Assembly (NCBI GenBank): GCA_028534125.1
Contig: CM052817.1
Coordinates: forward strand, 67,582,001 to 67,646,000
Source of the DNA: Lama glama
Taxonomy: Eukaryota
Direction of reading: 5' to 3'
Length of the DNA stretch: 64,000 nucleotides
Shown here: positions 12,965 to 26,377 of the stretch, piece by piece
Layout: every line of letters starts with the position of its first letter
How positions within the stretch are numbered: the stretch's first letter is position 1
Position numbers and translations under genes: made by a program
Notes under the pieces: generated by a model
What the model saw: only the letters and a program-made list of their open reading frames with translations
Databases searched by the model: none
Told to the model about the DNA's origin: nothing

Positions 12965-14613
12965 TTCCTGTTCCCTAACATGCAGTCACCCAGAGGTCCC
13001 TTTGGGGAAAGAATGTGGGAACATTAGTGCATACATGAGCCGTGAAGTTATGGAGTACTTCCTCCTATGCACCCAGTCCTTCTTCAGTCAGAGTGTCCCA
13101 GATCTGAAAATGGCTCAGGTTCAGAAACTGAGCAAGGGGTAATAACTTTGCATTAGGCTGGCCGTCCTCAGCCACTGCTCCTCCATTCTTGCACTCTTTT
13201 GGTTATAGATTTTAAATAGCACACTTGTTGGTTGCCCAAAAGTTTTGCCCCAAGGGATACCATGCTCTATTGACCATCTCTATAGGCTTCTGAGGGACAA
13301 GTCCCCCTTGGCTGCCTCTTTGATCTTGCTAGTAATTAAGGTAACTGCAGCCACCTTGTTTCTGATGATTAAGTGCCACCTCCTGGCCTCCATTACTTCA
13401 GGATCCCAACATCCTTGTGTATATTAACGAGCTCGGGTCTCTGACTACCTCCCCTATCTTCAAGCCCTGTCCTGCAAAGGAACACCACCACAGAACCTAC
13501 TGGTGCTCTCTCATCAGCCACTCCTAATGGCATTAATGAGTGGTACGTCCTCTGAGCCCTCCTAGGGATCTAACCCTCTGAGGGGTCTTCGGGTTTCACA
13601 TGCTAATCCAGCACATTTACTTCCCCAGCATCTTTATTTCTTCCTTTCCATCTGCCAGGACCATTCAGACATTTCCACTTCACTCAGTGTTGACTTCTTT
13701 GCTCTTCTTAAGAGCAACCTTACGAGAGCTTGCCCCATCCCTTAGTGTCTCTGCCAGGATAATAAACCCTGCGTATTGAGAAAGTGTTCCCAATGAATTG
13801 TTTTTCTATTTATTCACTCTTTCATTCCAGCCTTCTTGATCAAATCCCTATCAGCATGGCAGGCAAGAGAGAAGCTTGGGGCAGTGTCTTACGGGGGTGC
13901 CTGCTGACTGTGGGGGACAGTCCTCTGCAGCATTGCCCATCTCAGGAGAAGTACTAGCTCCAGACAAAGAGTGGGCTACCTCCAAGTTCTGAGGATCTGA
14001 GGGAGGGGATGAGTACACAGTCAACAGGCTCGCAGGGGTTGCCAACTACATGCCCCCATCTCATGTTTCAGGGTTGGTCTCAGACTTCCCTAGTCAGGGC
14101 CCTGACATTAGCATAATAGATCAGCCTTGGATGAGCATCCAAACAACTCTGGAACTCTACAATTCTAAGCATCAGACTTTTAGCTTACTCTGCTATGTCT
14201 GCTCTTCCACTGTGGGAGAGAAGGATCTCTTTGAAAGCTGCAAATGAGGCCTCCTGCTCTCACACTTAGCATTTAACTGCTTATTGACAATCTTCAGTTT
14301 CTCATGATCCCCATATGTAGCATAAATACAACTCATCAGGGAACAGTCAACTCCACTGTCTTTGAAGAATTGTTTTTCCATGTCTTTCAAATGACTCACT
14401 CAAACTAAAAGGGTATTTCCCTCCACTGATACATTTTCTTAGTTCAACAATGGTGAAATCTTTATCAACCATGCCACTATCTTATGCCAGGGACAATCCA
14501 AGCCCAACCTACCATTCAAGATGGATTCCATTTTGCCTGCCCTTCAGTGAATGGACCAGTCCCAAATCCTTATCTTACCACCTGTTTATTTGGATTATTC
14601 ATGGTACAATTTA

Positions 14614-15020
14614 TGTCAGTTTGGGTCTACTGCAAAGCAAATGCCATGATGGGTTTTAGGTATGCAAGAGATTTAATGTTAGAGGGAGCAACAAAAGGTA
14701 TGAAGAGCCTTTAGACTATGATGCAGATCTAACATCTATTGAAGAAGAGATAAAAGGAAGACAGAAAAATCTTGGACTGCAGTGCATTTCAAAAAAAAGA
14801 TTCAATAAAGTCAATGAGGGTGTTTCAGCCAAAGTCACTCATTCAACAAGTCCCAGAGCTTGCTGGAGTAAGTCCACTTTAGTGCCCTCACCATGCCCAC
14901 CCCGGCTTGAGCTGTGGGCAGCCTGAGGGCAATGTGCCCTCAGCACATAAACAAGAGTAAATTCAAAATGACAGCATGCTCTGTGCTGCAAGATATCCAA
15001 GTAAGTACATTTTTCATGTC
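14614..15020 (-). mobile_element. ERVL solo LTR (LTR16B-like)
   Basis: 'tgtcagtttgggtctactgcaaagcaaatgccatgatgggtttt...gcaagagatttaat' is the reverse of an LTR16 3' end. Confidence 0.6.
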
Positions 15021-15870
15021 CTTCATAATTAATTTTTCACTTTGACTACGGTTCCCATTTTCTACTTATTTATATGTCTAGCAATTTTTACTGAATAATG
15101 GACATTATGAATTTTACATTTTTGGAGACTAGGTTTTGTTTTATTCTTTTAAAGAGAGTTGGATTTTCTGGCAAATAGTTAAGTTCCTTTTAGGTTCTTT
15201 TTCTGTATATCTTCATGATCTCAAATTCTCTCTCCCATGAATTCTATGCAACTCAGTCTCCCTGAATACCAATCTCTATCTTCTTTTTTTATGGATATGT
15301 ATATATTTTTTTCACTAAAGTATAGTCAGTTTACAATGTTATGTCAATTTCTGATGTGCAGCACAACGCTTCAGTCATACACGAACATACATATATTCAT
15401 TTTCATATTCCTTTTCACCATAAGCTACAAGATATTGAATATAGTTCCCTGTGCTATACAGTATGAACTTGTTGTTTATCGAATTTTGTGAGAATCCTCC
15501 TATATTTTAAAGCGAGAGACACTCTGACAGAGTTCAGCAGGTGTTCTGCATGATTCAATGGGTTTGTAGATGTAATTCTTAGTGTATTTGTGGGAAAGAG
15601 CGAGCTGTCTCTCTACTCCACCATCTTGGCACCTTCCTCTCTCTATCTTCTTAATTTATGACATTACCAGACCATGTTTGCTCCACAATTTAGAAATCAT
15701 TTCAAGTTATAAGAACTGAGTAGTCATAGAAGTTACTTCATTTCCCTTTTCTCAGTCCTGTGCTTCTGTTGTCCAATTACTAAAATATTTGTTTCTTGTA
15801 TTGTTGTCCAGTTTTTTCATTGTTCGTAGCAGGAGATTAACTCTATACCATCTTATTCCCTCATGACTAG
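15020..15870 (-). mobile_element. Old L1/HAL1 5' fragment (host of the bipartite element)
   Basis: 'tgtctagcaatttttt...ggacattatgaatttt' and 'ctgttgtccaattactaaaatatttgtttc' resemble antisense HAL1/L1ME. Confidence 0.55.
15286..15639 (-). mobile_element. Bipartite (internally deleted) L1: ~160 nt of 5' UTR fused to ~195 nt of 3' UTR
   Basis: Minus strand begins 'gaggaaggtgccaagatggtggagtagagagacagctcgctctttcccacaaatacactaagaattacatctac' (L1 5' terminus with YY1-type CAAGATGG). At ~15480 it switches to 'gataaacaacaagttcatactgtatagcacagggaac...' (L1 3' UTR) and an A tail. Perfect 13-bp TSD tctctatcttctt at 15273-15285 and 15640-15652. Confidence 0.8.
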
Positions 15871-17559
15871 ATCAGATGTCTGAGTCTATGAAAAATTTAA
15901 AAGCAGTATTATATTTTGAATTTTATGTAAATAAGTGCTCAGTTTTACTATTCAAATTATTTCATCTGAATGAACTGTATCTCCCCCCAGCACAGGGACC
16001 ACTCTCCTTCTGTTCCTTGTCTCTCTCCTCTTGCTTTCTGTGTGTTTTTTGCCTACCACATAGTCACGATTACAGGGCAGACATCTATATGAATGTATGC
16101 CCAATGAAGGGTAGCCCCCAAAGTGAAACTAGGGAAATTACTGAGAAAAAAGGCAGAATAAATTACAATTTGTTTATTGAACCATAACTGTAAGTCCTCT
16201 AAACACTTTCAAGCTTCCTTAATATTTTAGATTCCTTGTAATGTCCACATAAAAGAGCATGAAAGAGTTAAACACAAACCAAACCACAGTGAAACATAAA
16301 ATGAACAGTGTTTAACCTTAGCTACTGAAAGCAGTGCAGAAATTGATAATATCACACAGGAAGTAAACATCACGTAAAGATCTTTTAAAAATGTGAGGAA
16401 AGATTTCTGATAGCATCTGTGTTAGAGGGAGGCTGTTTCCTACCAAAAGCAATAGGCTTTTGAAACCTCTTCCTCTACAACAACAGAGAAGGCATTTACA
16501 AGTTTTTGCAGCAGGCATATTTGCAGAATTTGAAGACAGTAAAACTATTAACAACTACAAGGATATATATAATAGCAAGTAAAAACGAGAAATAGCTCCA
16601 GTGAGACTATAAATTATTTGGTATCAGCAAATGTCATATTCACTGTGTGCATCTTTTAAATATCCCACACAAATTGGGAACCCAATAAATACTGATTGAA
16701 TTAAATTGCCTTAACTTAATGTTGTGTGGGTTCGATGTTTTTTGTTTTTGTTTTTAATTACAGAAAGTTACATATTACAGAAAGGTGGAGTACTTGAAAA
16801 GTTGATGGAAATACGTGTTAAGACTACAATTTCCAAGAACAGGAGAGAAATAGATGGAAAAATAATAGGCAGCACTAGGTTGTCACAATGGCTGGCTTCC
16901 TCTTTTTCTCCCAGCAGATAGAAGGAACTGCCATACTTCTTATTTGTTGGCAGTAGAAGAGGGGTCCACGACAATTCAGTCCATCATGCGACCAAAACCG
17001 GAAATGGTTACATTGGTTTAATATGGGTATGCTTCCCAGTGCTGTTTCCATCCTTAGAGATCATTAGTCCTGTGACATAGGGATCACTCCTGTTTCTCAT
17101 AATCATTTGTTTTTCCTTGGCTGAATTAAATGCAAGCCCACCTTCATCTTGGGTTGCCAAACAAATCTGAGTGCCCCCCCCTCTTCCACCGTATGTGAAC
17201 CAGCGTTATTACTGGATAAGGATATTTGTGTGTGGTTGAGATGGATGTGTGTGGTGAGTGAGACAAAGCACTTTCTTGCTTCTCTTTTTTCATTACTGTG
17301 GATTCATTTCAAGTTGCAACATTCACTTGTATATGCATGGCCTAAATAGTTACATCGTACCAGGAATTTTCACTCAAGAGTTATATAACTGAGCCACTAC
17401 AAAGGTACTACTGTGGAAATCTATTTCCTGGAAAATTTTGCTGTACTACAGCTTATGTCAAGATGTGAAATAAATGCTAAAGGAACGCAGGCCATATTTT
17501 TTAATCTCACATCAGAAAATGTGCAAGTTTTATGAATTGCTGATTGGTGATTAGGGCAG

Positions 17560-17955
17560 AAACTGACAAATTGTTAATCAAACTCATTTCCCTTTCTTCC
17601 TAATACAGAGGGGCATTTCCTGGTCTCCTCTGCAGTTAGGTGTGGTCATGTGATTATGCTCTGGCCTATGGAAAGTGGCTGGCCAATAAAATCATGCACA
17701 TAATCCTTTAACTCTCAGTTCTACCCTCTGTAATCTATATGACAATATCTAAGTCAATTTTGGAAGCCATATACTGAAAATGGTAGATATTCCTGAAATT
17801 TCTGTATCTATGCAGTTGCCCTCTTTTTTTCTACATCACTCATCAACTCTCACCATCAACTGTACTTTAGAAGAGCAAATAATAAACTTCTATTGTGTTC
17901 AGTCACTGAGTTATCAAGGTTTATCTATTACAGCAGCCCATCATAGTTAATACAG
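17560..17955 (+). mobile_element. MaLR solo LTR (MLT1I/J-like)
   Basis: 'ctctgcagttaggtgtggtcatgtgattatgctctggcc' and 'aataaacttctattgtgttcagtcactgag...ttacagcagc'. Confidence 0.75.
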
Positions 17956-18997
17956 TGGCAGAAATTTAAAATATCCTGTATGTTGACTGCCACCCACCTT
18001 ATTTTCTCTACTAATACTGCTTTTATGCAGGTGACTAGTTCATTGCTTCTGAGAATTACTACCAACAGAAGTTTTTAATAAAATTTACCTCACACAAGGA
18101 TATTACAGGGACTGTTGGCAATATTTGTATAAATCTTTCAGGGGTCCATGAAGCAAAGACTTCATATAAGGCAAAATAATGATGCTAATTTTATTATATA
18201 CTATAATTTTAATGAATAATACTGCATAATATAAATACAAACAACTACCTCCAGAAACAATTGTTTCTCTGAAGTGAACACTGTGAATATATCAGAATAA
18301 TTTCATGGAACAAATTAAGAAAGTACTTGGTACAATCTATCCATTTTGTACTCTACCATTTTCATAGTTATGAAGCTAAAATGCTTAGAAAAGACTAATG
18401 ATTAACTCTGGTAACAAAGAAAAGTTATCTGTTTCTTTTTTCCATCCAACCAGCTTTACTTCTTATAAAAGCAGCAGAGAATTTCCAGCTCTGATCTGCA
18501 TCTTTTGCCCACCCATTAAAAGTAGTTAACTTCCTGCTATAACTCTCTTTTCTAGGTCCAAAATTACTTTCTAATACTGGAATATAATCTTCAAGGGCCT
18601 ATATACTCCCATGTTTAGGATTTCCATTTTCATCATAATGCCACGGCCACCATCATGATATGTATCATGGAAAGGTCTGTCTTCTGAACAGCTCTGAAAA
18701 TCACAAACTGTATTGTGTACACAATCAGAGCACTTTCTTGCTTTTAGACTTTGTTCCTGTTGGTCTCTCCATATGTAAAGGGTTTATCCCATTCTGTAAA
18801 TCAAAGTGTTCCTTGTACCTCAAAGTTCCACTCCTATATACTTTAAAACCTGTCCCAGGTGGATTTCATCTCTCTTCTCTGTCCAGAGAGAGCCTCCAAT
18901 CACACCTGACTTCCAACTTGGGTCACCAGAAGAACCATATGGCAATACCTACCAAGGTTGTATGTGAACACATGGTCCACATAAATAACGCCCAGGC

Positions 18998-19113
18998 CAG
19001 GACCACCGTGGGTGGTCACACTGGTGTGCAGTGCATCCCGCCAGCAGGCATCATCCATCTGGATCATGATATAGACTTGAGTAGTGTAATCTACAATTAT
19101 CACAGTGGCCCTG
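18998..19113. mobile_element. hAT-Tip100 MITE (MER91B-like)
   Basis: Terminal inverted repeats caggaccaccgtg / cacagtggccctg (11 of 13 match), degenerate TSD cccagg(a)c on both sides, and internal 'gtgtgcagtgca...ccagcaggcatcatcca' resembling the MER91B core. Confidence 0.65.
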
Positions 19114-20324
19114 CCCAGGACCATGTTCTTAATTCTTTTGTGTTCTGAGTTCCAGTACCCTTCACCTATTCCATGACTATAATTGGAACCTTTTTCTCTG
19201 TTATCTAAAAGTACTCTACCCCTGAAAATATCTCCAAAACTCCACTCTTTGACCAAAATTCTCCCTGGGCTTTTTTTTTTCCTGTTTTCTCATTCCTCTA
19301 TTTCTACTAAATATGTTCTTCAAACTCTCAAGACTTCTATTCCCTTGTTTCCTTCATTTTTACCCACTTTTATTAGTCTTCTTCCTGGCCTCACTTTCCT
19401 TCCTATCCAGCCTAGACTCCTTAGTTAATTACCCCAGGAACATTGTCACAGATACTCCCCACCATCTGCCTATTTCTAAGTCTTTTCACATCATGGACTC
19501 CACAACTCACTAAACCTGGACCAAGTCTCTCCTGCTATAGCCAGTTTGGTTCAGGTTTATTCAAACACACGTTCTACTGAATGCCTACTACAAACCAGGC
19601 ACAAATAGATGATTTTTACTGTGCCTAGGTGAATGCCAGGAACCAGATAAGCACAGGGAACTCACTGAAATAATAGGAAAGAAGAACTCGAGTGAGTTAC
19701 AAATTCATCATAGATGGTGAATCCATGGTAGGAGGACTCCAGGTGGGGAAAATCAAGCATCCGTGCATATTGGTGTCACCACATATGGATGGGCTTGGGA
19801 CTCCTCTGAGCCCTCAGTGAACTCAGAAATCTTCCGCTCACTCACAGATAACTCCTGTTCCCAATATCCTCAGCATTACTCCAAACTAATGTTCTCCCCT
19901 TCTCAGCAGGCAACTTTACCTTCTACTTCACAGAGAAAATAGAAATCATCACCCATCAAGTCCCTCAGTTCACCACTCTGAACTCAATTTTTGCAGGATG
20001 CTGTCTTATTCTCAGTTTCAGAGAAAGCCTTCTTTCCTAAACTCTCCAATCATGCTTTGCTCTCAACCTCTCCCGTCTCCCTTGGAGACCTTGCTTCATT
20101 AACAGTTATCTCCTTTATCAGACTACAGCCTGTCCTTCTGTGGTAGCTTCCTCCCTTCTGCTAAAAATCTAGCCAAATACTATCACTCTTTCAAAGGGAA
20201 AAAAAAAAATCCCTAAATCCTTTGCCTTTAATACACCTATCTCCCTTCATCCTTTTTCAATCAATTTTCTTAAAAACAATTTCTCTGCTCTGTGGCCTAC
20301 TTCTCTTCCAAAGCCATAATAACT

Positions 20325-20850
20325 AGTCTCACACAAACCAGCTCCACATCACGACCACTCCTGGCTAAGCCAGGGAGACCCACTTCCCAGAGCCCTCACT
20401 CTCTATGGTTCTAAGTTAGAGTTTATCAATGTAAGAAACACAGGTGAGAATTAGGCTAAAGTAAAGCAGAAGCTGCTATTTTTTGGAGCAGTTGACGTAT
20501 GAGAGATATAGAAAGATGATCAAGTCGTCGCGGCTTTGGGGGAATTTCTGAAGCCCATCTGTTTCCCCCCACAGACTGAGACAGCTTCTGGGGGCTTTCT
20601 CCAGATTGTTGAAACTTGTAATAGCTTCTGGCAAGCTTTTGAGAACGATTTATTTTAGGGCTTCAGACTGAGATCTTGTGTGTCAATTTCTCTGACCTTT
20701 GAGCAACAGCTCCCCTTATCCTCAGGGGCAGCTTCCCTGAGTTTCACTCCTTCAATTTTTCCAACAAATTTTGTAAATCCTTGATTCTATATTAAATCTT
20801 CTATGCATAGAATACATAGAATATATTACCTGAATGAATGCTGATGAATA
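20325..20850 (+). mobile_element. ERVL solo LTR (LTR40/41-like)
   Basis: 'cacttcccagagccctcactctctatggttctaagttagagttt' and end 'ttgtaaatccttgattctatattaaatcttct'. Confidence 0.55.
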
Positions 20851-22646
20851 ATCTCAAACACCTCCTACCCTGCCGAATCTATTCCAGCAAAATCACCAAT
20901 AATCTCCAAATTTCCCAAACCTGGCACATTTCCACCTTTATGTGATGTCTCTAAAACTTGCCAACATGACAACTGCTTTCTTGGAGCTTACTATCCTTAT
21001 GGAACTTAAGGACTAGTAGAAGAGATATTTACAGGTATAATAATATATGTAATAAGATGTGCTATAAAAAGAAACAAACTTCTATGAATGTAAAGAGGAA
21101 AAGGCAGCTGGATCTATCTTAAGGAACTATTATGAAGAATTCCCTCTGAAATCCCAACTAAGCTGAACTCTTCTGGGACCTCCAGGAGCCTCTTGGACAG
21201 TAGGAACATATCTCAGAAACTTTTCTTCCTTTCTCCCTTTTTCTTTTATCCTTTAGCATATAAATTGGCTATGTCCACAAATAAATGCTCTTATTTTTCT
21301 ATCCTGCACATTTTTTGTTTCTGACTAAGGCCATAAGTAAGGAACAAAAGAAAAAGTGAATAAAAAAAGAGAGATTTTTATATGAGCAAAGAAAATCCAT
21401 TTACAAAATTCTCTGTCTAGGGCTTACAGATTCAAAAGGCTAAATTTATTCAAATAAATTTCTGATCTCAACCCAAAAGCAGAGATCTCAAATTTTTCGA
21501 CCATTAGAGCCCTTTAGAGAGTAATATCGATTGCATACAAATATACAGAATAAACATCCATAACTACTGCTTTAAAAAAAGCAATTCAGTCAAAAATTTA
21601 TATACATGCAAAAAACAATCTTATTAGATATTTTTCAGGAAATCAAGGGCAAGAACCTCAACTACTTTATATTGTAATATGTTAATAGATCTAACAGTAA
21701 CAATCAATTTAGTGTGTGAAATTCATTCTTCTGTAATATTTTGACTACAGTGATATTCCACAAGCTGTCAGCATGGATAGAAAATTTCCATAATTTTAGA
21801 AAACTAGGTCAACATCATATAGATATACTCTACATAATCCAGTCTATTCTGTCGATATCTTAACTCTAGCAAGAATATGAGTTCCATAATACTGTGAAAT
21901 CAAACAAAAATTTCTAAAATAGAAGCAATTGGAAAATGTCCTATACTTCCAAGTTAAATTCAGATATGGAAAATCTGTGTGTAGTACAATAGATTTAAAT
22001 AAGAATGCTGCAGACGAAATAAACAAGAATTTGGGTACAACAGTCATTTGGTTGATTACATCATAGCCTGAATTTAGAAAATCTATGATGTTCCTATGGA
22101 AACTGTTTTTGCTTAAATGTAGTTACAGATATTCTTTAAGTACAAATTAAATTAATTGAAGGCAGGAGTAAACTGTCAGAACCATTTAGAAGCTTAAAGA
22201 ACAATCTATTCTTACCTGAAAGAACAGATAAGAGTAGTAGAAAAGTGAAGAATACACAAACTAGTCTCCTGAAATGAACAATACATATAGAGTATTTTCA
22301 AGGCAAACTATACACACTTTGAAATCCACTTAGAATAATATGAACTCCAAATACTTCCCAATCCAACTTCAATGTGATGTTTACAACAATCTAGTGGGAT
22401 CAGAACCATAAACTCTGATTCCTACTTTTAGTTCTTAAAGCTCAAGTGGAAGAATCAGTCTTCTTAGGGACTATCTGGCACCTAGCAGACACTAGGTATT
22501 TGTTGCCTAAATGAATGAATAGAAGAAACAGCTTAGGATGCAGAATGACAATGCTGGGATTCAATAAGGCCCAGTATATAGTATTCTATTTTCTATTTTT
22601 TTCTGAATTAGTTAAAAATAAGAAAGATAGAAAAGCAAATGGAAGA

Positions 22647-23021
22647 TGCAATGGACTGGAAGTTTGTGTTTCTGCAATATTCATCTGGGCAAGCCCCAAT
22701 CCCCAGTGTTGACGGTATTTGGAGTTAGGGCCTTTGAGAGGTCATTAGATTTAGAAGAGGTCATGATGGTGGGGCCCCATGATGGGATTAGTGTCTTTAT
22801 AATAATAAGAAGAGACCAGAGCTCTCTTTTTCTCTCTACCATGTGAAGATACAGCAAAAAGGCAGCCATCTGCAAAACAGAAAGAGAGCTCTCATTGGTC
22901 ACCATATTTGCTGGCACCTTGATCTTGGACTTCCTAGCTTTAAGAACTGTAAGAAATAAATGTCTGTTGTTTAAGCTACCCAGTCTATGATACTACCTTA
23001 TTGCAGCCAGAAAGACTAAGA
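22647..23021 (+). mobile_element. MaLR solo LTR (MLT1A)
   Basis: 'tgcaatggactgga...ggtatttggagttagggcctttgagagg...gatgggattagtgtctttat...aaataaatgtctgttgtttaagc...gactaaga'. Confidence 0.9.
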
Positions 23022-23529
23022 TGGAAGACTTAATACAAACATCTGCTTTAACACTGAATAATCTAGTAAGAGAGAATACGGCTATAGCAAGCAGGTTTCC
23101 TAACTGTGAACTCAGATTTTAGCAGATACCAACCTAGGCACAGGCAGTGTTAGGACATCACAGACCTTCTCATGTGGGCACTCACATTTGTAAACCTAAC
23201 ACAGAGAGAAGCACACTTTCTGTGAACAGGTTTGGACCCAGAGAAAAAGACATAAGGAAATAGCTGAGCTAGAACGCTAAATATATTCTTCCAAATTTAA
23301 GTCACATAACCCACCCAACTCCAGAAAGTTGGAGAAGCATGTGAGAGTGGTGATAGATGCCACAATTGTCATGTGAATGGAATACACTCCACAAGAAAAG
23401 AATTATCAGGATTGTGAAAAAGTGTTCTCTGCATGACAATTATAGGAAGACTTGTGTTCTCTGGCGATCAATTAATCAGTACGGTCAATATACTCATTAA
23501 ATTAGATAGGCTTAATCAGGGCACTTCTG

Positions 23530-24510
23530 ATCACTCACTCATTTAATAAGCATTCATTGATACCTACTTGGTCTGGACATTCTTGTAGATGTTGGGGTTA
23601 TGAAGAATAAGAAGGTAGACTTGATTTCCATCCTTATGAGGTTTATAACTTACAAAGCAGACCTCAATGGAATAAGCAGTTCTAAGTCAGAATGATATTA
23701 GAATAGAGGAAGTACAGAGAGCTCTGGAAGCTCATAGATGAGATATTTAACCTTGTGAAGCTGAAAAATTCTACCTGATGGACTCCACTTTGAAGCAGAG
23801 AACCAAAGCATTGGTATGAATTAGCCTGGCAAAGAAATTGATGAAGAGTTTCTCAGGCAAACAGGCAGTAAGTCCACAGGCTTAGAGTAGAGAGTGAGAA
23901 GGTGGTATAGCCAGCAAACCAAAAGAAATTCAGGGCAGCTAGAATGTAGTGTGAAGATGAGAAGAGACAGATTTTGTTCAGGAAAAAAAAAAATCAATCA
24001 GGAAAGAGAATTACCCAGGTTCACATTTCAGAAAAATCCCTTTGGCTCTAGAGAGGAGAAAGAGCTAAATAGTTAGGGACACTTAGTGAAAATAAGTGCA
24101 GTATTTTAGGTGAAAAAAAATGGGCGGCTTGAACAAGGGGACTAGACACAAAAATGGATAGAAATAAATATACTTCAGATATATTTTCTAGGTAGAGTAA
24201 CCAAGATTTGGCAATCTTGAGAAGATATCCAATATGATGATAAAAGAAAGGGAGATTAATGTATTCTGCCTTGAATAAGTAGATGCTGGTGTTGTTCAAT
24301 AAAATAAGAACTCAGGTGAGGGTGGTTTGGAAATGGGACTCCAAAATGACAGGTACATTTTGGTACATTTTAGATTCAGCTTTCTGTAGAATATCCAAAT
24401 AGAAATGTCCAGTAAATGCTTGGGCATGTGGGCCTGGAGTTTAGGAAAATGAGTTGGATTGGAAATAGAAAGTAAGAATCAATGGTTTATAAATGGTGCC
24501 TGAAGTTATA
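23530..24510 (-). mobile_element. L2 LINE 3' portion
   Basis: Starts 'cactcatttaataagcattcattgatacctac'; internal 'atatccaaatagaaatgtccagta' and 'ggcctggagtttagg'. Confidence 0.75.
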
Positions 24511-26377
24511 ACCACTTTATTAAGTGGGTGAAACTTGGTAGTGTATGATCAGCAAACAGCATTACTATTTCACCACCATTTCCTTCAAATATATTCTGTA
24601 ACATTTCCTCCCCCCTCCCTCGACATTCAGTCTACATCTGTGCTAGGTCCTGTGGCTTTTAGTCACTTTCACTTAGGTAGGGAATTACATTCCTTTAAAA
24701 CATGTATAAACTCTAAATACATGGAGACTTTCTCTGTAATACCTTAGGTGTACTGTATTACAGATGTGTATCCATTCTAAACAGTATCTATGCTTCTTGT
24801 GACAAACGAGACTGGGAGAGAGAAAAAAAGAGATCATTGAAAAACTAGTGAGGTCTGTCATGAAAGAATTCTGTCCCAGATCTTGGAAAAAGAAGAAAAA
24901 GGAATTATTCAGCATAGTTCTTTAAATAGTTGTACAAAAAGATATTAGGATCATTAAGAAATAATAACACCAGTATCTTGGTTTTCTTCTATCTTCCAGA
25001 TGTGATTCTTCAAATAACAATAATTTTAAAATAATAAGTCACTTCAATGTGAAGGAAAAAGTAATGGAGAACTATCCAAAAATATTTGAACAGGCTCAGA
25101 TGTTTAAATATCAGGATGTTTCCATAGACACTAAATTTAGACTTTTAGAAATCAATGTGGAACATTCATTCAAACAATTATTCTAAGCAAAGCTTGAGAA
25201 CACCAATAAGAAAAGAGAAAAAAATGCATCTTGTGAAATATGTCCAGCTGTTATCACACTTGCTTGCTATTGATGGAATGCCCGTAGTATGTAAGGTATT
25301 AAACTTAACACATCCAAAGCAGCTCTTGAGTCCAAGGATTTTCATTTTTCTATATATATGAATAAACAAGTACAAAATCTATGCACACTGACTTTTTTGA
25401 ATCTAATATTACATTTTGGTCTTATCCCAACCCATAGCTTGATTTTGTTTGACAGACCTACAGTGTCTGAAGAACTACCATCTTAATTTTGCCCATTATA
25501 TTTTCTGATTTTGATTTTTTTTCCCAGAATGCTGATGTTCACTTTTAGGAGATCATATTTAGAACAAAAGGAGATCCATCCCACCTTTCAACCCTCTCCC
25601 TCAGTCATAGCTGAGTCTATCAAGCATGGACTCCTAACCCACCCAAAGAAGCTATTCATAAGACAGACAGGAATCCATGACCCAGTCACTCACACGCACA
25701 CAAACATACACACACGAAATGATCAGGGACAGTCACACTGCCACCAGAAACTAAACTGGAAATAAAAAGAGAATGAAGTACTGAGAAACAAAGCTGAAAA
25801 AAATGCATAAAGAGAAGCCCTGAGTGGAGGCCGTAAGGGATCCTAAAAGTAAGAGTTATGGTAAATTATAAAGTTTAGTTAAAAGAAGCTACAGTATACT
25901 GTTTTTTTCTGTTTCTTATTTTAAATATACACAGAATAGAAGGAGCTTATTGGTAATAAGGAGTAGAAACAGACACAATGAGCAAGATGACATGAGTACA
26001 GCTACTACGTAATGTCAATGGCAAGGCTGTAGGAAGGCTACCAAGGAATTCCCTCCACTAAGATCCCAGGGCTACAGTGGATTCAGAACTAATCTTCCAC
26101 CTGTGTACCGGTTCTGCGGTTTCTGTGAGGTTTTGTTTCTCCTGTCTAGGTCCACAGCGAGTATTGGTAAGGTTGTGCTTTTATAAAAGGGTCATTTTGT
26201 AGGATTCATACATCCAGTCCAGTTCCTTCTAATTTACACACTGTGGCCCCACCCTTATCACCACAAGTGAAATGTTAGAATAAACTCCTCTTTCACTAAT
26301 CGAATCTGTTTTTTGAAATAAAAAAAAAACCCACTTAAACAGCACCTTACTCTGTCTTTATCTCATATATAAAAAAG

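Larger units (their letters stand above)
18850..20960 (+). mobile_element. Long degraded L2 LINE ORF2 fragment, interrupted by MER91 and an ERVL LTR
   Basis: 'ccctgaaaatatctccaaaactccactctttgacca' and 'ccttctacttcacagagaaaatagaaatcatca' match L2 ORF2; pyrimidine-rich. Confidence 0.7.

Noticed and set aside
12970..14060. GC-richer segment with AATAAA (~13761) resembling an old LTR
   Set aside because: Could not define termini or family; needs a Dfam search.
18660..19256. 162-aa and 118-aa ORFs
   Set aside because: Chance frames across an L2 remnant and a MER91 insertion.
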